Positions 36,832 through 50,041 are shown, counted from the stretch's first letter. The stretch is DNA of 64,000 nucleotides from Octopus vulgaris (GCA_951406725.2 OX597822.1:94240001-94304000); one strand, 5' to 3'. Numbers and translations are program-made. The notes: generated by a model not told the origin, from the sequence alone.

Positions 36832-37355
36832 CTCTCTCTATATAAACGGCAGTTTGTCTGTGCGTGTTTCTGTGTGTCTGTTTGCTTGTACCCTCACCCT
36901 GACAACGGCTTTCAACTGATTCTGATGAAACTTGACACACACATAGCCCAATGTCATAATTCAAAACTAACGCAGCGAAAATTTTGAAAAGTTCCCCCAG
37001 ATAAAAAAACAAAAAACAATAATGGAATACAGAAACGAAATACAGAAGCATTAACGGTGAAAACAACAGTGTCTTCTGATAACAAGCAAACAAATTTTTC
37101 TCTGGCGCAATGGAAAAAGCCTTTATAGTGGCGACGAAAACAGCGATGTTAACACGACGATCGAGCTGAAAAATCGACATGGGGTCGAGAATCAGAAACA
37201 AACCACAGACTGTCTAGGGGACGCAACTCAACCTTCTTTAACTCGAAAAAAAAAAATTTACCATCATTTTTTTGCTATTTTTTGGCTATAACTCTCTAAA
37301 AATGCTTTATAGTTATTTCCCTTACAAACCTGAGCAACGCCGGGCGATACTGCAG
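36831..37355 (+). mobile_element. Non-autonomous Helitron
   Basis: 5' end shared with 29364 and 51500; 3' hairpin; terminal CTAG has lost its T. Confidence 0.85.
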
Positions 37356-37387
37356 TATGGTCATTCATGACCGAAGGGGTCTTACCC

Positions 37388-37443
<56 letters not shown>

Positions 37444-39596
37444 CATACAATAATATTAAGAACGAGATATTAAAACACGAGAAGCACAAATTGGTAACTC
37501 ATTCAATTTGAATGAAAAACTGTTATGCTCGGCCAGTTACGCCAGCCACACCTCGAAACTGGTTCAACTGATACAACCGAAGGTGTCCGAGAACACTTTT
37601 GGTATCAAACAAGATAAAAAAAATCTCTCATGTCCCCTTAGTAGTTGCACATTAGTTCATCCTACACTATTAATGTCGTTTTTATTCGCAGTCTATCATT
37701 CTGTAAAATCAAAGCCCGTCTTCGCATCAATCAATTCTTTTCTATTTCTTTCAGTTTGTTTAGTTCTCCGTTTCTTTTTCCTTTTCTTTTTCATGTATAA
37801 ATAATTGTGGATTTCATACAGATCGTGAAAGGTGATAAGTTTTATACAACTTTTTGCTCGCCTTTTTTATAGCCCGGAGGTGTGTGTGTGTGTTTCTATT
37901 TCCTGCTTTATCGAGGTCTTTAGCAATCTTCGATTCATGCTCATTTCCCACTTCTTCATAGTCACAGGACAATAGAGCAATGCTGCTGGGTATGGCTAGC
38001 GGAAAGGATTCCTTAACATCCTGCCAGCTCTTGGAACTGACGACAAATCTATCTCTTCCGACGTCTCTGAGTTGTGACTTGCGATGTTGTTGGAATAGCA
38101 GTTCCCTAGACTTGCTATTTATATTGTTATCTTCCCCTTGTTTTTCTAGTTCCTCAGAGACGAAAGCTCTTACTGCCATAAGTGTATCAGCTGGGTTTTC
38201 TGTCATGCAGTTCATTCAGTGAAGTTGTTCTTCGGAGGCGCGGTATTGGGACGGAATTAGGACTCTCGATAACGTGTTGTTTTTAATTAATTCAACGCTT
38301 ACCACCTAACAATATTGCACCATTGGGGGGAAAAACCCCTGAAAAAACTTCACTATTGCATCGCTCCAAGTATTGAGGGTACAAGCGTCTGAACCGATAC
38401 GTAGTTTTTCTTCTTGTACTTCGCTTTGAATATAGTTCCATAGTATTTTCTGACGGAAGGTATGTTATTCCACACATTGCTCAGAACTGTCTATCATTGC
38501 TTTATCATGGGCATGAGAAAACTCCTCTGTATCTTGTAAGATGATGTTGAGATAAGTTACATACTTTTATCCCGTTGTTTGATAAAGGACTGAGGTATAG
38601 ATGCACCTTTCTTTGTCATATAGGAATGCCAAGCAGACTTCTTCTGTACTCTTACCCACCAGTTTAAAGTAGGACCGGAAGGGTGGAAACGAATTCCCTT
38701 TTTCTCAATTCGAACACCATTTCGAAGAAAGCATGTTGGTGTGATATTACTACTGTTATTATTATTTTGTTAATCGAGTCATTTAAATTGTTCAAAATTA
38801 TGTTACTTTCTCAGTAACAAGGTCATTTGCTTCTTGTGGAAGAAATGTATTCTGCTAAGAAATTGAGTCTTTTTCTTTTTTCTTTCTACTGTTTGTAAAA
38901 TCAGTAGAAACAGTATTCCGTCGTTGTTGTTGTTGTTGCTCATATTATTGTTTTTGTCATTGTTGTTGCAGCTGCTGCTTCTGTTGTTGTTGTTGTTGTT
39001 GTTATGTATTTACTGTTGCCGCAGCCGCAACAACTATTCTCGTCTTCATGCAATGACAACAATGTAGCAGTAGAAAGCCAGTATGACAGTGACGTCAATA
39101 CCTGTTACCATGGTTGTCGTAACATAATTTTTTTGTCAAGGTGAGCTGTGGAACGCTTTCCTTTGCTTTTTGCATAACTTGTGATTTTCGTCTCTTCCGT
39201 CACAACGAACGTTTTGATGGCATTTTTAGAATTCATCTTTTAAAAGTAGAATATGGATTTTTGTTTGTTTTTAAGAATAAAACGCGCGCTTTTCAGTTCT
39301 GGAATGGAATTAAAACGACAAAATAATGTTTTAGGGCCAAAACAGAAAACGTGTGAAGCTTATGAAAACACAACATCCTGTGGTGACGCAGCAAATAACA
39401 GCATTAGGAAAATAATATCATCAACAATAATAATAGAAGATGGGAGAGAGGAGAAGGAGGAAGAGAAGAAGGATCAGAAGAGAGAATGTGGAGGAGAAGA
39501 AGGATCAGAAGAGAGAATGTGGAGGAGAAGAAGAAGAAGAAGAAGAAGAAGAAGAAGAAGAAGAAGAAGAAGAAGAAGAAGAAGAAGAAGAAGAAA

Positions 39597-39930
39597 GACA
39601 CAAGGCCCGAAATTTTGTGAGAGGGAGACTGTCGATTACGTCGACCCGAGTATTTCGCGATTACTTAATTTATCGACCCCGAAAGGATGAAAGGCAAAGT
39701 CAAGGCTAATAATGATAATCCTCTCTATCAAAGGCACAAGGTCTGAAATTTGGGGGAAGGGATTAAGTCGATTACAACGACCCCAGTGCATAACTGGTAC
39801 TTATTTAATCAACCCCGAAGGGATGAAAGGCAAAGTCGACCTCGGCGGAATTTGAACTCAGAATGTAGTGACAGACGAAATACCGCTAAGCATTTCGCCC
39901 GGTGTGCTTACGATTCTGCCAGCTCACCAT
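39597..39930 (-). mobile_element. Two SINE-B copies (partial + full) after (GAA)n
   Basis: Family match. Confidence 0.8.
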
Positions 39931-40172
39931 CCTAATATTGATGATAATAATAATCCTTTCCACTAAAGGCACAAGGCCATGATAATAAAAATATGAATAA
40001 GAATAAGACGGATGAAGATGAGGAAGGATGAGGAGGTGAACAGTTATGGCAGTTGTGACAGCATTCCAAGTGTGTAACATGGCTCATTCATCAAAGTAGT
40101 AAAGTAAATCTAGAGATACCGGAGAGAACAAATGAAAGACGAGACAGAACCAGAGAGAAAGAGAGAGAATGT

Positions 40173-40175
<3 letters not shown>

Positions 40176-40253
<78 letters not shown>

Positions 40254-40477
40254 ACTTGGCAGCCAATCAAGTGTTGAAAGGTTATAGATATAGCAGGGGG
40301 CAAATAAAAGGTTATATGTAACTGATGGAAAGGATAGAAGCTGGTTCTAGAGGAATTGGAAATAATACATAACCACAAGGTGTCTCACTGATTGATAAGG
40401 TTTCGCTTACCGACACTCGCTTACCAACACGCGCTTTTAAACATTTGTGTGCTTTTCCCTCTCATTTAATACTGTCT

Positions 40478-40557
<80 letters not shown>

Positions 40558-40627
40558 TTATCTATCTAGCTATCTATCAATCATTCAATCAATCAATCTA
40601 TCTATCAATCTATCTTATCTATCTCTA

Positions 40628-40660
<33 letters not shown>

Positions 40661-40757
40661 CTATCTATCTATCAGTCTTTCTGTCTGTCAGCTGTACTGC
40701 TATGAAAATTTTGGGGCTCTCTTGAATTTCCTCTTCTCCTTTATTCTTTTTCACTGC

Positions 40758-40813
<56 letters not shown>

Positions 40814-41336
40814 ACATCGTCATCATCGTCATCGTCATCGTCTTCTTCTCCTTTTTCTTCTTCTTCTTCTTCTTCTCCTCCTCCTCCTCCTTCTTCTCCT
40901 CCTCCTCCTCCTCCTCCTCCTCCTTCTTCTTCTTCTTCTTCTTTTCCTCCTCCTCCTTCTTCTTCTTCTTCTTCTTTTCCTCCTCCTCCTTCTTCTCCTC
41001 CTCCTCCTCCTTCTTCTTCTTCTTCTTCTTCTTCTCTCCTCCTCCACCTTCTTCTTCTTCTTCTTCTTCTTCTTCTTCTTCTTCTTCTTCTTCCTTCTTC
41101 TTCTTCTACTTCTCCTTCTACTTCTCCTCTCCTCCTCCTCTTCTTCTTCTTCTTCTTCTTCTTCTTCTTCTACTTCTCCTCCTCCTCCCCTCCTCCTCTT
41201 CTTCTTCTTCTTCCTCCTTCTCTTCTTCTTCTTCTTCTTCTTCTTCTACTTCTCCTCCTCCTCCTCCTCCTCCTCCTCTTCTTCTTCTTCCTTCTTCTTC
41301 TTCCTCCTCCTTCTTCTTTTTCTTCTTCTTCTTCCA
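40176..41336. repeat. Microsatellite cluster: (GA)n, (CTAT)n, (CAT)n and ~490-bp (CTT/CTC)n
   Basis: Directly visible, with short unique spacers between tracts. Confidence 0.95.
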
Positions 41337-41735
41337 CCTTCTGCATGCGCAAAAGCCACGCCATTAAAACCGGATTTGTGCATCTTTAGTAAGAGGATGA
41401 TTCTGGAAAATATTGGTCATATAAAAGTTACTCTTCAAATCGGTACAACACTCTGCTTCTTCTTTTTCTTTTTCTTTTTCTTTTTCCTCTTTATTTTGGC
41501 CATCAAATGAAGCATGCTTCGTCAGTTACAAGAGACTCTTCTTTTTAATCAACGACTACAATATCCGGCTTGTATTTTACACTCCTGTCGGTTTGTAAAG
41601 GAAATTTCACTTTTGTACCTGGTTTACAGAACTCTTGATGTGAACTCGTATGTTTAAACAGATTTTGTTGAATATCAAGAGAGTCATTACGACAATAATA
41701 AACACACACATTGATGTTTATTATTGGTTTAATGA

Positions 41736-42340
41736 AGGCGGCGAGCTGGCAGAAACGTTAACACGCCGGGCGAAATGCTCAGCAGTTTTTTCGTCTGTCG
41801 CTACGGTCTGAGTTCAAATTCCACCGAGGTCGACTTTGCTTTTCATCCTTTCGGGGTCGATTAAATAAGTACCAGTTACGCACTGGGGTCGATATAATCG
41901 ACTTAATCCGTTTGTCTGTTCTTGTTTGTCCCTTCTGTGTTTAGCCCCTTGTGGGTAGTAAAGAAATAGGTATTTCGTATGCCGTTACGTTCTGAGTTCA
42001 AATTCCGCCGAGGTCGACTTTACCTTTCATCTAATCGGGGTCGGTAAATTAAGTACCAGTTACGCACTGGGGTAAATGTAATCGACTTAATGTCCTTGTA
42101 TGTCCCCTCTATGTTTAGCTCTTTGTGGGCAATAAAAAAATAAGAACCGTTAGGTCGCCGGACAAAATGCTGCTAATCATTTTTCCACCTTTATGTTCTG
42201 AGTTCAAATTTCGCCGAGGTTGACATTGCCTTTCATTCTTCCGAGGTTGATAAAATAAATACTAGTCAAGTTACTAGGGTTGATGTAATCAACTAGACCT
42301 CTCCTCTAAATTTTCAGATTTTGTGCCGATCATAGAAAGG
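41736..42340 (+). mobile_element. SINE-B tandem dimer followed by an older copy
   Basis: Full unit 41736-41968; second unit restarts at GGTATTTCG (41969). Confidence 0.88.
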
Positions 42341-42354
42341 CTTATTAGCATAAT

Positions 42355-43180
42355 GTACCTCCCGAGAAACAATAAAAATTGCATACGAAAAATCCGTAAC
42401 GACATCGTTTCATCGCTTTTGAGGACTTCATTGCTCTTTTCTCTGTGTGGAAAACCGAACCTCTTGCAAAAATTCCAGTGAATTACTGCCGCAATCTTAT
42501 ACCTATACATATCAATTTCAAATTTTAGCTCAAGGTTAGTAAGTTCGGTGTAGGGGTTAAGTCGATTACATCGACCCCAATGTTCAACTGGTACTTATTT
42601 TTGTCGATCCCGAGAGGAATTGGAACCCAGAATGTATAGATGGATGAAATGCCGCTAAGCATTTTGCCCGGCGTGCTAACGATTTTGCCAGCTGGCCGCT
42701 TTATCATTCCTACACATAGTGCGTTCAGTCTGAACTAATTGTGAACATTCCGATATAATGTGAGATCTTGTATAATGTGAGACACTTGTATCGGCGCGTA
42801 TTTTGCATATAATAGCTCAATATTTCTGATCTGTTACTCTCGTGATCCAGTTTTCACTTAGCATCTGTTGCAGTGCTGCTAGAATAATTTCATCCATGTT
42901 TTCTTTTTTTGCTTGTTCACTTCTCCTCTCTTTAACCAGAGTCAACTGTCCATCCTATCTCTTATCTCTTTTGCCTTTTTGAAAAACTTTGAATGAGGCT
43001 TCTTTCTGTCGAAGCTTGATTTCTTTTTTTTTTTTTCCACCTTTGTCCTGTTTTTCCACTCATTTGGTGGTTCCACTAACTCTATAAACAGTCCTTCACT
43101 CATCTCCTTAAGAAGTGTTTCTCTCTCTTTTTGATAGAAACCTAAATTTGTCTTTCCTAGTTCTCCTGTTCTTTTCTGAT
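42355..43180 (-). mobile_element. Old R4/Dong LINE remnant interrupted by SINE-B (42512-42700)
   Basis: Minus strand SHIISECSQLVQTE and KIAAVIHWNFCKRFGF; SINE flanked by CCTATACATA/CCTACACATA. Confidence 0.65.
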
Positions 43181-43181
43181 G

Positions 43182-43564
43182 TGGAGGCGCAATGGCCCAG
43201 TGGTTAGGGCAGCGGACTCGCGGTCGTAGGATCGCGGTTTCGATTCACAGACCGGGCGTTGTGAGTGTTTATTGAGCGAAAACACCTAAAGCTCCACGAG
43301 GCTCCGGCAGGGTATGGTGGTGATCCCTGCTGTACTCTTTCACCACAACTTTCTCTCACTCTTACTTCCTGTTTCTGTTGTACGTGTATTTCAAAGGGCC
43401 GGCCTTGTCACTCTCTGTGTCACGCTGAATATCCCCGAGAACTACGTTAAGGGTACACGTGTCTGTGGAGTGCTCAGCCACTTACACGTTAATTTCACGA
43501 GCAGGCTGTTCCGTTGGTCGGATCAACCGGAACCCTCATCGTCGTAACAGACGGAGTGCTTCCA
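43182..43564 (+). mobile_element. SINE-C
   Basis: Full length; TSD TGTT(C/A)TTTTCTGAT. Confidence 0.92.
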
Positions 43565-43733
43565 TATATGTTATTTTCTGATAAAAGCATTGGCGGAAGG
43601 GTAGAGTTTAGCAGAGAGAAGAGGGTAGGACATAGGTACCCATGAATCTGTATGTTGCGTGTAAGTTTCATCATCTCTGATTCCTTCCCATGTGCAGAAC
43701 TAAGTTTTGTCGATGACATCTAATTTATTAAAT

Positions 43734-44127
43734 TAGGAGTGGCTGTGTGGTAAATAGCTTGTTTACCAACCACATGGTTCTGGGTTCAGTCCCACTGCGT
43801 AGCACCTTGGGCAAGTGTTTTCTACTATAGCCTCGGGTCGACCAAAGCCTTGTGGGTGGATTTGGTGGACGGAAACTGAAAGAAGCCCGTCGTATATAGG
43901 TATATATGTATGCGTGTGTGTGTTTGTGTGTCTGTGTTTGTCCCCCTAGCATTGCTTGACAACCGATGCTGGTGTGTTTATGTCCCCGTTACTTAGCGGT
44001 TCGGCAAAAGAGACCGATAGAATAAGTACTGGGCTTACAAAAGAATAAGTCCCGGGGTCGAGTTGCTCGATTAAAGGCGGTGCTCCAGCATGGCCGCAGT
44101 CAAATGACTGAAACAAATAAAAGAGTA
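43734..44127 (+). mobile_element. SINE-A
   Basis: Family match. Confidence 0.9.
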
Positions 44128-44129
44128 TA

Positions 44130-44455
44130 GAAATAGGCTGTTGAGCACAGTGAAGTACAAATTTCATGGCTGAGGGCAAATTTGAGTAATTTATCTTTGA
44201 TATGGTCTTGAATCTATGCTCAGAGATATTAACCATACAAAAATATAAATCTAGATCGTTTTTCTCGAAATCATTGAAACAACCAAGCTCATTCTGCTTC
44301 TTCATCCCAGATTTATGATGCAAGTTTGTTAAGAGTTAGGGGCCCATTGTTTGTCATGGTTGCATAATTTCACCTCATAATACGTGAAATATTCTCTTCC
44401 AACAGAATCCGTAACAAGTTTCCATTACTTTCTTAGCTAGAAATGTAGCAGGAGC
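44130..44455 (-). mobile_element. Chapaev-like (CMC) transposase N-terminal remnant
   Basis: YFTYYEVKLCNHDKQWAP and LYFCMVNI..KINYSNLPSAMKFVLH resemble the GDQDKxWAPH..DCYFC..YPNLPSA motif series (recalled, not searched). Confidence 0.55.
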
Positions 44456-44541
44456 CGTCGGAATGATGTTGTGCTTGGGAATTTGATGTTGGTGGAAAAC
44501 GAAAATGTCTTTCTAGGGCTGCGTTTAAAAATGGTTATCAA

Positions 44542-44710
44542 CGCAGGAGTGGCTGTGTGGTAAGTAGCTTGCTAACCAACCACATGGTTCCGGGTTCAGT
44601 CCCACTGCGTGGCATCTTGGGCAAGTGTCTTCTGCTATAGCCCCGGGCCGACCAATGCCTCGTGAGTGGATTTGGTAGACGGAAACTGAAAGAAGCCTGT
44701 CGTATATATG

Positions 44711-44741
<31 letters not shown>

Positions 44742-44950
44742 TTGTGTGTCTGTGTGTATCCCCCCAACATTGCTTGACAACCGATGCTGGTGTGTTTACG
44801 TCCCCGTGACTTAGCGCTTCGGCAAAAGAGAGACCGATAAAATAAGTACTGGGCTTACAAAAAGAATAAGTTCCGGGGTCGATTTGCTCGACTAAAGGCG
44901 GTGCTCCAGCATGGCCACAGTCAAATGACTGAAACAAGTAAAAGAGTAAA
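44542..44950 (+). mobile_element. SINE-A
   Basis: Family match. Confidence 0.9.
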
Positions 44951-45207
44951 GGAGAGAGTAAGAGTAACACTCACGAGCAATGAACAGAAGCTTTATTTAT
45001 AGCACAGACTGTTTCTGAGTTGGTCTTTGGATGGAAAATAATAGCGACAATTACGCACCAGGAGAAACTTACTTCCGTGAGACCTACAATAATTTAACCG
45101 GTGTATATCAATCTGTGGCTGGCCCTTCACAACTGGAAAATAATCGCGATATATTCATGATGACAAAATCTGTATCTTGTAAACTGCCATGACAATGGAG
45201 GAGGAGG

Positions 45208-45563
45208 AAGCACTCCGTCGGTTACGACGATGAGGGTTCCGGTTGATCCGAATCAACGGAACAGCCTGCTCGTGAAATTAACGTGTAAGTGGCTGAGCAC
45301 TCCACAGACACGTGCACCCGTAACGTAGTTCTCGGGGATATTCAGCGTGACACAGAAATACAGGTACAACAGAAACAGGAAGTAAGAGTGAGAGAAAGTT
45401 GTGGTGAAAGAGTACAGCAGGGATCACCACCATCCCCTGCCGGGCCTCGTGAAGCTTTAGGTGTTTTCGCTCAATAAACACTCACAACGCCCGGTCTGGG
45501 AATCGAAACCGCGATCCTATGACTGCGAGTCCGCTGCCCTAACCACTGGGCCATTGCGCCTCC
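45208..45563 (-). mobile_element. SINE-C with small internal deletion
   Basis: TSD CATGACAATGGAG at 45188-45200 and 45566-45578. Confidence 0.9.
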
Positions 45564-45995
45564 GTCATGACAATGGAGATGTCAAGCGGCTACATCAACA
45601 TTCTGGCGTTGCCACAAAATTCCCCCATCTTTTTATGAGAAAGTTCTACAAAGTCGAATCACGTTATGGCTTGACGCTGATTGATCGGTTAATCGACCAA
45701 TCACGTGAAACGACTGGCATCTTACTAGTTCAAGCCATATTAATCATGTTACGAGTTTAACTTAATAACGACAGACAATCTAGAAATATTGTATAAAACC
45801 AAGTTTTCGTTGGGTCTGAATACCTGAAAACACAACCAGCTAATGCTGAAATAAATACCGAAGCATATGCTAGTAGTCTTTTAGGTTAGTATTTAATATG
45901 TACCAGTTTGAAAAACTGTCAAAGATAGATTCATTTCAAACTGTTCTTGTAGTCTCGAAACCTTTCAAAGGATATGAGATTGCAAGCTATATTTC

Positions 45996-46086
<91 letters not shown>

Positions 46087-46097
46087 TAATAATAATA

Positions 46098-46736
46098 ACA
46101 ATAAATCATATTATCTCTGGCTGCCCAGTCCTGGCTAAGAAGGAATACATTCGCAGACACGACAGAGTTGGGACCTACATACACGGGAAGCTATGCCAAC
46201 ATTATGGAATAACAACAGAAAAAAGATGGTATAGGCACACTCCAGAAAAGGTCACAGAAAACGAGAAAGCAACCATACTCTGGGATATGCCAATACACAC
46301 AGATAGAGAAATTAAGGCCAACAGACCAGATATATTTGTCAGAGATCATGAAGAAAAAAATGCTTTCTAATTGATGTATCAATACCGGCAGATGACAACG
46401 TGTCTCTAAAAGAAATGGAGAAACTTTCAAAATACAAAGACCTGGAAATAGAGGTAACTAGAATGTGGAATCTAAAAACAGAAACAATTCCTATCATAAT
46501 AGGTGCATTAGGCATGATAAAAGAATATTCAGACAAATACATAACAAAAACACCAGGACTTACAAATACATATAACATACAGAAAATTGCACTACTAGGC
46601 ACAGCACACATCCTACGCAGAACACTTTCAATACAGTAACCATCAGAGCATCACAACAAATCACAGCACATACCCAAGGCACTCACAGCTGCGCTCCTTA
46701 GTGAAGTGAAAGCACGCTATAAAAATAAAACTACTG
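46098..46736 (+). mobile_element. R4/Dong LINE 3' fragment in (TAA)n
   Basis: HIISGC..RHD..WDMPIHTDREIKANRPD..LIDVSIP..EKLSKYKDL..GALG..GTAHILRR; TAA repeats on both sides. Confidence 0.92.
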
Positions 46737-46748
46737 AATAATAATAAT

Positions 46749-46817
46749 TGAGTACAGGCTACTAACCCCAAGATTCCGAGTTTGATTCCAGGTAGTGACT
46801 GAATAATAATAATAATG

Positions 46818-46882
<65 letters not shown>

Positions 46883-47024
46883 CATTGAAAAATACCTTAG
46901 GAATGAGAACCAAGGTTTGAAATTTCCCAAGACATCTGATGAAGGCTGGAGGGTATATCAGCCAAAACGTTGTGTTAACAACAAACAAAATGAGGACAAA
47001 TATCCGTCAAATGTAAATAATGTA

Positions 47025-47027
<3 letters not shown>
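46749..47027 (+). mobile_element. Composite short element: tRNA-like head, (AAT)n, hammerhead-bearing tail
   Basis: B-box-like GAGTTTGATTCC; GACAT-CTGATGA-A-GGCTG..CAGCC-AAAA-CG-TT-GTGTT at 46931-46976. Confidence 0.55.
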
Positions 47028-47082
<55 letters not shown>

Positions 47083-47150
47083 TACTGTACTTGTTTTTGT
47101 GGAGCACAAATTACCTTATAATGGTCATAGGTACAGTTATTATTATTATT

Positions 47151-47705
47151 GAGTGAGAGAGCAGTGCATGCCATCAAAGTGACACTGGGGTAAAATATAC
47201 GAAGCCCAGTATACCCATCATGACTACCCGTCTGATAAAGGTACACCAGGCACATGCATCACAACCATATGTGCGCGACATGGTGATCTCATATCAAAAT
47301 AAACAGCACATGACCTTGCAGGCGAGGCCCAGTTAGAATTTTCTTCAGGTCGAGTAACCCATCCCACTCGAAAGGTCCCTGAATAAGGGTTGTTTAAGGA
47401 TGTTGAATGAAACACCCATGTTTCCAGAGGCGAATTATTCAAACCCCAATGAATTCCTCTCAATACATGGCTATGATGCTCCCCCACTACTTCTGCTCAT
47501 GATCAGAGATGCACATATCGTCAGCCACTAAGGGACATGCTCAACTGGTTAAGGTCAAACAACTGACAAGCAAATCTGTGGTATTGAGCAGAATATTTGC
47601 TGTAGCCCATCTTTTATACCAAGACAAAACAATGTACATGATAACACTTCCAATCAGTTAAGATCAGAAGCCATGAGAGCCACTGCCTGGGACTGCATCA
47701 GGGTA
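47151..47705 (-). mobile_element. ~555-bp non-coding TAA-flanked element (family D)
   Basis: Reverse complement of 56303-56857 with the same termini; flanked by (TTA)n. Confidence 0.8.
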
Positions 47706-47727
47706 TTTATTATTATTATTATTATTA

Positions 47728-47802
<75 letters not shown>

Positions 47803-49424
47803 TACAGTAATACTTTCAGTTTCTGTTCCTGTTCATTCGGAAGAATAGAGCACCAGTTTTGTACTGAGGGTCCATACCGTGCATTGTATCGAATCTCTAC
47901 CTCACTACTACCGCCGTCGATGTCGTCGCCACCGGTAACACAAAACAGAAATCATTTATTCCAATATTATAAATCATTATCTCAGTGGCAGCCATAGTGG
48001 TTGATAATGAATAAATTCTACAGTCTCCAAGGTTTCCTGGCAAATGTAAATAGATTAACAGACAATGATTTAATAATTTATTTATTTAATTATTAATGTT
48101 TACAAGCAACGATTAATGTGAGAAATTGCTAAATTGCTATCAGTATGCTATCAACAACGGAGAGCGGCCATGTCATAATGTTTGACCTCGTCTTGATTTT
48201 GTTGTTGTTTGTATTTCATTAACTAATTCATTATCGGTATTTAATTAACCAATGTAAAAATTCAAAGCATTTTTGTATGATTCTTTCAAGTCGTCGTAGT
48301 TATTGTAGAGGATGTTGATACAAGCATTGGTGTTAATGATATCGCCGTTGCTGTTTAATCCCAGGTTTTCCTTTAACAAAAGGACATACGAGGAGCACTG
48401 ATTGCCAGAGAAGGAAGAACAGGGTCCTTGACACATGTTAGGGCTTCCTAGATTAATGGTGAGAAGGGAAGCGGATATCCCCGAACCTAAGATTTGGTTT
48501 TGAAGTTTACAAACGGAGTGGACGCCATTGAAGAACTCTAATGGTCAAAAGGTTGTTTTCAACTGAATGACAGGCTAAGTGCACCACTCCAAAACAAGAA
48601 CTATTCATTTGAATGATTTTCTCATAGCTTCAGTTTACCAAATTTCAGTTACAAGGGTTTGGCCAGCCTGAAACCCAATAGTATTGCAATCTCAAATCAT
48701 GAAGCTGTCAAGAGAACTTAAACCCATAACTATAGCTACGTCAATTTATGCTGGTAGTAGTTATATTTGTGTTATCTTTTTGATATTGTTGAAACCATGT
48801 ACATTTTAGGCTGAGAGTTGGGAAGGAAGATTATAACACACCTGTTGAGAGAACTTACTGTGTCATGTGATCAAATTCATAAGTCGCGTGCATCAGGCTA
48901 TTTTGTGAGGTTGGGGATCCGGCGAAGAAGATGAATTAAACAATTAAATAGATTTATTGAATACGTACGCGCTAGATTCACTACTGTGACGATGAAGAGA
49001 GCAAAGAAGACTAAAGATGATAAACAGCTAAGCTTTGACTAATATCTGAAAGTGGTGAACCTGTCGAAGTGTTTGAGGAAGAACACAGTAAAATATAAAA
49101 TCAAAACTTTGTTGCTTAGAATCTTAGTTTTAATAGATATTCCAAGGATACGAAACCCAGCAAATAACAAGGATCTAATTTAGAGAGTTGACAATTTCGA
49201 TGAAAATTCTAGTTGTAAAGTTATTGACAACTTGGTTCAAAGTGCTGACATTAACAAACCTTGACGACGCTACAAATGGTCATATGTATGTAAATGGGAT
49301 TCAGTCATCTACCACTTAATGTAAACAGCAACACGACTTCATTATGAGCAGGCCAATGCTGAAGATGTCTTGTTCAGTTATGGCTGTTTTGAAATATTTC
49401 TTCTACTCTGGTTTTATAATACAT

Positions 49425-49637
49425 ATTGGTTTCAAATTTTGGCACAAGGCCAGCAATTTCGAGGCAGTGGGTAAGTCGATTACATCGACACCAGTACTCA
49501 ACTGGTTCTTACTTTATCAATCCCGAGAGGATGAAAGGCAAAGTCGACCTCGGCGCATTTTGAACTCAGAACGTAAGATGGACGAAATGCCACTAAGCAT
49601 TTTATCCGGCATGCCAACGATTCCGCCTGCTCGCCGC
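49425..49637 (-). mobile_element. SINE-B
   Basis: Family match. Confidence 0.8.
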
Positions 49638-50041
49638 CCTACCACGGTATTACATATAATAAAGCTGTTAGCATGCTACAAAACACGAACATGTCTTTTC
49701 ATTGGGAAGGAAAGAAACAGGAATAAAATTCTGACAAATTTGTGTGAGTTCGGAACCTATCAGCAACGTAATCTTTTTTTTTTAACAGAAAAATATTTTC
49801 AGAATCTTTATGTTTTACTTATAGAAATAGTTTCTAAACTATTTGGTTTAAGAAAAATACAAAAAGATCAAACAAAAAAAGAAAAAAGAAAGAAAAAGCA
49901 GATAAAGAAAGAAGAATGTATGCTTAAAATCATTTAGGAAAAACTGAAAACAAACACACACACACACACAAAATTATATCAGTTTGGTAAATTTCTTAGG
50001 ATTTTTTTAAGATGAAGGGATATTTTCTGTATTGCTTATAT

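Noticed and set aside
40722-41510. 262-aa His/Leu/Ser/Phe-rich ORF and the many YI/CV/LSIY/poly-I/N ORFs
   Set aside because: Translations of microsatellites lacking stop codons; no domain content
47802-47934. Candidate coding exon after (TTA)n
   Set aside because: One open frame but no recognisable homology and a weak acceptor context
48843-49333. Possible solo LTR (TGTTG...CAACA)
   Set aside because: No matching target-site duplication
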